Origin: Minisyncoccota bacterium
GTDB taxonomy: Bacteria > Patescibacteriota > Minisyncoccia > Phycocordibacterales > UBA918
Reading direction: 5' to 3'
DNA: 64,000 bases
NCBI GenBank assembly: GCA_041389025.1
Contig: JAWKSP010000002.1
Coordinates: 105,279-169,278, forward strand
Part shown: positions 59,026 to 64,000 of the stretch, one piece after another
How the letters are laid out: each line of letters begins with the position of its first letter
Numbering within the stretch: the stretch's first letter is position 1
Notes under the pieces: generated by a model
What the model saw: the letters and a program-made list of their open reading frames with translations, nothing else
The model's database searches: none
Told to the model about the DNA's origin: nothing
Program-made: the position numbers and the translations under genes

Positions 59026-61671
59026 ATGGACAATATAAAACTTTCTGAACATCCGTGGACAATTGAACCAAATGAGTTAGAAAAACACTTTAAAACCAAT
59101 ATTGAAAAAGGTTTAGATAATAAAGAGGTTGAACAAAGGTTAAAATTTTATGGCAGCAATGAGTTTACAGAAAATAAAAGTCGTGGTGCATTTGGTATTT
59201 TTTTTCACCAATTAAATAATCCTCTCATTATTGTTCTTATCATAGCTGTCGGCCTAACCATCTATCTAAATGAATGGGTTGACGCAACAGTAATTGCTTT
59301 AGCTGTCATTATCAATGCACTTTTAGGTTTTATTCAAGAATACAAAGCTGAGAGAGCTATTGCTGACTTAAAGTCCTATGTTCGCGACCGAGTCAGAGTA
59401 GTTAGAGATGGAGTAGAACATGAAATTGATGCTAAATTATTAGTACCAGGTGATCTTATTCACGTCGTTCGTGGTACCAGAATATCAGCTGACGCCAGAA
59501 TAATTCAAGAAACTAACTTAACTGTTGACGAATCTCTTTTAACCGGTGAATCATTACCCGAAACAAAGTCAACAGAGACGATCCCAGAAACCACCCTTTT
59601 AGCCGACCGTACCAACATGATTTATGCTGGCACCCTAACAGTTGATGGTTCAGCTTATGCTTTGGTTACCAAAACCGGTAACCATACCGAGATTGGTAAA
59701 TTAGCTTATTTAGTATCAGAAACTATTACTGAAAAAACTCCTTTACAAAAAGCAGTTGAGAAACTGACCTGGGTGATAATGATAGTAATTTCTTTGGTAG
59801 TTTTAGCGGTTTTTGGGGTCGGAGTAATGCAAGATCAACCAGTATATGAAATGTTGTTGATTTCTATTGCTATTATTGTTGGCGCAGTACCGGAATCATT
59901 ACCGATTGGCATAACTTCAGTCTTGGCTATCGGGGTTGGTAGAATTGCCAAAAAACGTGGCATTATGCGCAGCCTAACCGCCGCAGAAACACTTGGTTCT
60001 ACCACTCTTATCATGACTGACAAAACCGGTACCTTAACCCAAGCGGACATGCAATTAGTCGATATCACAACTCTGTCTGATCTATCAGAAAAACCGGTAC
60101 CCACTACCATCAGAGAGCGTTACTCCGGCGAACAAAAAGAACTTCTGACGATGGCTTTATGTTCTTCTGATGTAGTTATAGAAAACGATGAAGATGACCC
60201 AAGGAACTGGGAAATGTCCGGCTCAATACTTGAAAAAAATATTGTAAAAAGTGCAGCTCTGCACGGTCTTCGTTTAACCAGAGATGACCGAGCGAATAAT
60301 CAAGTCCGTATTCCATTCAATTCAAAACATAAGTTTTCAGTTATAAAAATTAATAAAGAATTTTTACCAAAAAAGTACGCTAAAGATAATTTTCATGTAG
60401 TGATGGGCGCTCCCGACATACTGCTTGGACTATCTAAAATGGATAAAGAAATTTTTCACAAAACTACCGACACCATCACACAAATGAGCGAAAATGGGCG
60501 ACGACTACTAGGTTTAGCTGTTATTAATTTATCAGAAAAACAAAACGATTTAAAACCAAAAGATATTACTGAGTTAGATTTTCTTGGAGTTTTGTCTTTT
60601 TACGACCCAATTAGACCGGAAGTGAAAGACGCCTTACAAAAAATTTATTCTTATGGCGTAAAAGTAGTAATGGCTACTGGTGATTTACCTGGCACAGCAC
60701 TAAATGTTGCTAAAGAAGCCGGTTTTATAGTCGATGAAAAATCAGTTTTAACCGGAAAAGAAATTAGACAACTAAATGACAAGGAACTGACCGAATCCCT
60801 TTCTTACGCTAAAATTTTTGCTCGAGTTACTCCTGAAGACAAGTTAAGAATAGTTAGACTATACCAAAATCAAGGCGAAATAGTGGCCATGACCGGTGAT
60901 GGAGTAAATGATTCACCTTCCTTAAAAGCTGCCAACATTGGTGTAGCTGTTGGATCTGGTAGTGATGTTGCTAAAAGTGTAGCTGATTTGGTATTACTAG
61001 ATGATAACTTCCAAACCATTGTTGCCACCATTGAAGAAGGTAAAAGAATGTTGGTAAACATTAAGAAAATCTTTGTTTATCTGATGTCTAACTCACTGGA
61101 TGAAGTGGTTTTAATTGGTGGTGCTATTTTGTCTGGTTTTGCCTTACCATTATCTGCTATTCAGATTATTTGGGTAAATCTATTTACCGGTAGTATACCA
61201 GCCATTGCTTACGCTTTTGATCGTCAACCGGTACCGAAAGACAATCACGCTTCTCGCTCCTTTTTTGACGGACCAGTGAAATTCTTAACTATCGGCACTG
61301 GCATTGTCACTTCACTTTTATTGTTTTTGCTTTATGTGGTTTTAATTGAACTTGGAATAGAAATTGAGGTAGCACAAAATGTTGTCTTTGCTTGTTTTGG
61401 TTCGTACATATTACTAATAGCTTTTTCTTTTAGAAACCTAAATTTACCACTTTTTAAGTATTCTTTAACTGAAAATAAAATTTTACTTTATGGAGTAATT
61501 GGTGGGTTGATTCTACTTTTGGCTACACTATATGTGCCATTTTTACAAAACATTTTTGACACTGAAGCTCTTAGTTTACCTTGGCTAATATTTGTAATAT
61601 TTTGGCTTATCCTTAACGTTGCGATTATCGAAGGTGCTAAATGGATTTCTTACACTTACTTGAAAAAGTAG
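59026..61671 (+). CDS. Cation-transporting P-type ATPase (type II)
   Basis: LTGES, DKTGT, TGD, GDGVND. Confidence 0.95.
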   Translation: MDNIKLSEHPWTIEPNELEKHFKTNIEKGLDNKEVEQRLKFYGSNEFTENKSRGAFGIFFHQLNNPLIIVLIIAVGLTIYLNEWVDATVIALAVIINALLGFIQEYKAERAIADLKSYVRDRVRVVRDGVEHEIDAKLLVPGDLIHVVRGTRISADARIIQETNLTVDESLLTGESLPETKSTETIPETTLLADRTNMIYAGTLTVDGSAYALVTKTGNHTEIGKLAYLVSETITEKTPLQKAVEKLTWVIMIVISLVVLAVFGVGVMQDQPVYEMLLISIAIIVGAVPESLPIGITSVLAIGVGRIAKKRGIMRSLTAAETLGSTTLIMTDKTGTLTQADMQLVDITTLSDLSEKPVPTTIRERYSGEQKELLTMALCSSDVVIENDEDDPRNWEMSGSILEKNIVKSAALHGLRLTRDDRANNQVRIPFNSKHKFSVIKINKEFLPKKYAKDNFHVVMGAPDILLGLSKMDKEIFHKTTDTITQMSENGRRLLGLAVINLSEKQNDLKPKDITELDFLGVLSFYDPIRPEVKDALQKIYSYGVKVVMATGDLPGTALNVAKEAGFIVDEKSVLTGKEIRQLNDKELTESLSYAKIFARVTPEDKLRIVRLYQNQGEIVAMTGDGVNDSPSLKAANIGVAVGSGSDVAKSVADLVLLDDNFQTIVATIEEGKRMLVNIKKIFVYLMSNSLDEVVLIGGAILSGFALPLSAIQIIWVNLFTGSIPAIAYAFDRQPVPKDNHASRSFFDGPVKFLTIGTGIVTSLLLFLLYVVLIELGIEIEVAQNVVFACFGSYILLIAFSFRNLNLPLFKYSLTENKILLYGVIGGLILLLATLYVPFLQNIFDTEALSLPWLIFVIFWLILNVAIIEGAKWISYTYLKK

Positions 61672-61720
61672 CGCCGTGTTTTTTTGCATATATTTGTTTT
61701 TTGTGTTCTAATACTGACAA

Positions 61721-62464
61721 ATGGCCATAAAACCAAATTTTACTCACAAAAAAAAGCGCAAAAAACACGGCGCTACTTTTTGGGATGCTGAATACACCAA
61801 GCCGGAGCACTTAAAGTTATCCGAAAAACCTAGTGAAGATTTAGAAAAATTTACTCGTTGGCTAATACGCAGAAAACGTGAAGATATTCTTTCAAACGAT
61901 GCTAATGTTCTTGATGTTGGCTGTGGTAATGGACGAAACTTAGTATTTCTAGTGGAAAATTTTGGCCTAAAAGGTATCGGTTATGATATTTCAACTGCCG
62001 CTATTGCCCAAGCAATAGCAATGTCAAAAGGCTTACCAATAAAATATACCGCTAGAAGCATAGCCGGAGATTTAGAAATAGAAAATGAATCACAAGATCT
62101 AGTTTTGGATATGATGACTTCTCACTTTTTAAATCAAGACGAACGACTGACATTGCGCGATGAAATATTTAAAATATTAAAACCAGGTGGTTTTTTATTT
62201 ATTAAAACCTTTCTAAAGGATAAAGATTTACATACAGAAAGATTGATAAAGAGTCGCCCTGGTACCGAAGACAGTTCATATATACATCCAGTCATGGGTG
62301 TACAAGAATATGTATATAGTGAAGAAGAACTAACTGATTTTCTTTCAGAAAAATTTATAATCCACAAAATCTATCGCTCACATAAACACGCTTTTCGTGG
62401 TCGAGCCCGCAAGCGTCGCACTATAACCATATACGCAGAAAAACCTTTTATTAGACACAAATAG
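61721..62464 (+). CDS. Class I SAM-dependent methyltransferase
   Basis: VLDVGCGNGRN, LKPGG. Confidence 0.9.
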   Translation: MAIKPNFTHKKKRKKHGATFWDAEYTKPEHLKLSEKPSEDLEKFTRWLIRRKREDILSNDANVLDVGCGNGRNLVFLVENFGLKGIGYDISTAAIAQAIAMSKGLPIKYTARSIAGDLEIENESQDLVLDMMTSHFLNQDERLTLRDEIFKILKPGGFLFIKTFLKDKDLHTERLIKSRPGTEDSSYIHPVMGVQEYVYSEEELTDFLSEKFIIHKIYRSHKHAFRGRARKRRTITIYAEKPFIRHK

Positions 62465-62484
62465 TTAATCCTTAATTATTAAAA

Positions 62485-63126
62485 CTAAGGTAAGACAATT
62501 CCTGCTTGTGGATCTTCATAAATAGTGCCGTATTCCATACCAGTGTTTACAATCTGCCCAAAATCAGTAAATAATATATCTGTCGGCGGCTCGAAAATAC
62601 TACCATCAATTGAAGTCCATTTTTTACAATTATACTTAACCTTTTCATCGCTAGGTATCGATTCTTTAAACCCAATACCCTCTTGCTCTTTAGACATATT
62701 AATATCTGCTACACTGGCTTTTATTCCATATTTTTGTCCCTCCAATTCAGACCACATATAAACCATTTCACTATTATTAATTATTGATGAGACTATTCCA
62801 TCTGGTAAAACAAAGTCTCCGCGAGATCGACCATTACTAGTAAAATAAGTTCCTTGCACCACTGTCTCGTCAGTTGGCTCTGTGTAAGTAATTGTACATT
62901 CTAAGTTCTCGTTTCGAGCCAATATATCAGTTAGGCTATCACTACCAACAATGTTTTGTGACTCTTCTTCTATTTGCAGAGGTGGTTGGTTATTGTTATC
63001 TTTCAAATCATTTTGATCACCAGTCTCATCTACGTCAAGTAAGATAGCTATAAAAATTACAACCAAACCAATCAATATCAAACTTCCTAGGGTTATTTTC
63101 TTACTTTTTAAATTGTACAAATTCAT
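62485..63126 (-). CDS. Hypothetical membrane-anchored protein
   Basis: TATAAT six nt before ATG 63126; N-terminal TM. Confidence 0.75.
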   Translation of the reverse strand: MNLYNLKSKKITLGSLILIGLVVIFIAILLDVDETGDQNDLKDNNNQPPLQIEEESQNIVGSDSLTDILARNENLECTITYTEPTDETVVQGTYFTSNGRSRGDFVLPDGIVSSIINNSEMVYMWSELEGQKYGIKASVADINMSKEQEGIGFKESIPSDEKVKYNCKKWTSIDGSIFEPPTDILFTDFGQIVNTGMEYGTIYEDPQAGIVLP

Positions 63127-63222
63127 GCGACTATTATAGCTTATTAGATACTGAATTTGTGATCTTGTTTTTTTGTAAAAATGTTGTATTCTGTCGAAAG
63201 ACAATTTAAAGAGGTGTTTGCC

Positions 63223-64000
63223 GTGAGTAAAATATCACATGTAAAAACTCAGATGAATTTATTGAGATGTAATACCAAATTCATAAGAGCAGTTGAGTTG
63301 TTGTCACACAAATACAACGTCAAAGGGCGTTTTATAAGAAAGATTTTGCTGTTAGAGATTCGAATTCTTATCAGACAGTTTGATGAAGCTTCATTAAGTG
63401 ATCTAAACATACAAAATAAACTCCTTTGCGTATTACTTTGGAGAAATGTATGTAAAGAGATCGAACTAATACAAGCAAAAGCACTTTCATGTACAGATCC
63501 ACTAACCGGTCTTCCCAACAGAAGATCCACCAATTCAATACTTGATAAATCTATAAAAAAAGTTATTAGGTCAAGACATAAGAAGTCCAAAAAACCGAAA
63601 CTTCTATACCTAATGACTATAGATATAGATCACTTTAAAAATTTTAACGACACATACGGACACGAAGTTGGTGATAGGGTTCTGGTCTTGGTAGCAAAGA
63701 CTTTAAATAGCTTAACCAGAGTAGAAGACCATTGTGGAAGGTATGGTGGCGAAGAATTTATCATGTCGGTTATGTTAGATCCTTGCGATAATACAAATAT
63801 CGCAACGATTGCTAAAAGGATATTGAGTAACATATCTAGTCTCAACCTTCACAAAAAAGGTATTGATGACAAAATAACCGTCAGCATAGGAGTGAGTGCT
63901 TATGCGGATGGTGACACACCAGAAGATCTAAAAAGTCGTTCTGACAAAGCACTTTATCAAGCCAAGAAAAATGGACGAAATTGTTTTGTTTTTTATGACA
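63223..64000 (+). CDS. GGDEF diguanylate cyclase (runs off window end)
   Basis: Not in ORF track. SD gaggtg + GTG; TDPLTGLPNRR, DIDHFKNFNDTYGH, RVED I-site, RYGGEEF. Confidence 0.92.
   Translation, partial: MSKISHVKTQMNLLRCNTKFIRAVELLSHKYNVKGRFIRKILLLEIRILIRQFDEASLSDLNIQNKLLCVLLWRNVCKEIELIQAKALSCTDPLTGLPNRRSTNSILDKSIKKVIRSRHKKSKKPKLLYLMTIDIDHFKNFNDTYGHEVGDRVLVLVAKTLNSLTRVEDHCGRYGGEEFIMSVMLDPCDNTNIATIAKRILSNISSLNLHKKGIDDKITVSIGVSAYADGDTPEDLKSRSDKALYQAKKNGRNCFVFYD

Noticed and set aside
63249-63845. Two minus-strand ORFs
   Set aside because: Antisense shadows of the GGDEF gene
1-64000. CRISPR array or cas genes
   Set aside because: No regularly spaced repeat-spacer array or Cas motifs seen

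Overview
AT-rich bacterial chromosome segment using the standard genetic code (TGA acts as stop). Gene content and style suggest a CPR/Patescibacteria genome, probably Parcubacteria (inference). Housekeeping genes include groES/groEL, typA, rnj, secG, lemA, htpX, a pseudouridine synthase, HtrA, DsbA, a P-type ATPase, umuC/umuD and tRNA-Ser(GGA). Two surface-structure loci stand out. (1) 24.8-32.6 kb is a SipW/TasA-type fibre operon: four subunits share a core but carry different C-terminal modules, and the SipW peptidase is fused to its own TasA-like substrate. The operon also has a 120-bp near-identical repeat over two gene starts, a repeated intergenic RNA stem motif, and an upstream 11-bp-periodic array of DnaA-box-like 9-mers. 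(2) 1-10.5 kb is a WxL-like / DUF916-like / dockerin / cohesin locus interrupted by an inactivated IS200. Core genes often look leaderless, whereas scattered single-gene ORFan units have their own promoter, Shine-Dalgarno (SD) sequence and terminator; one is a frameshifted PEP-CTERM-like gene. All annotations come from reading motifs by eye; no database searches were run.
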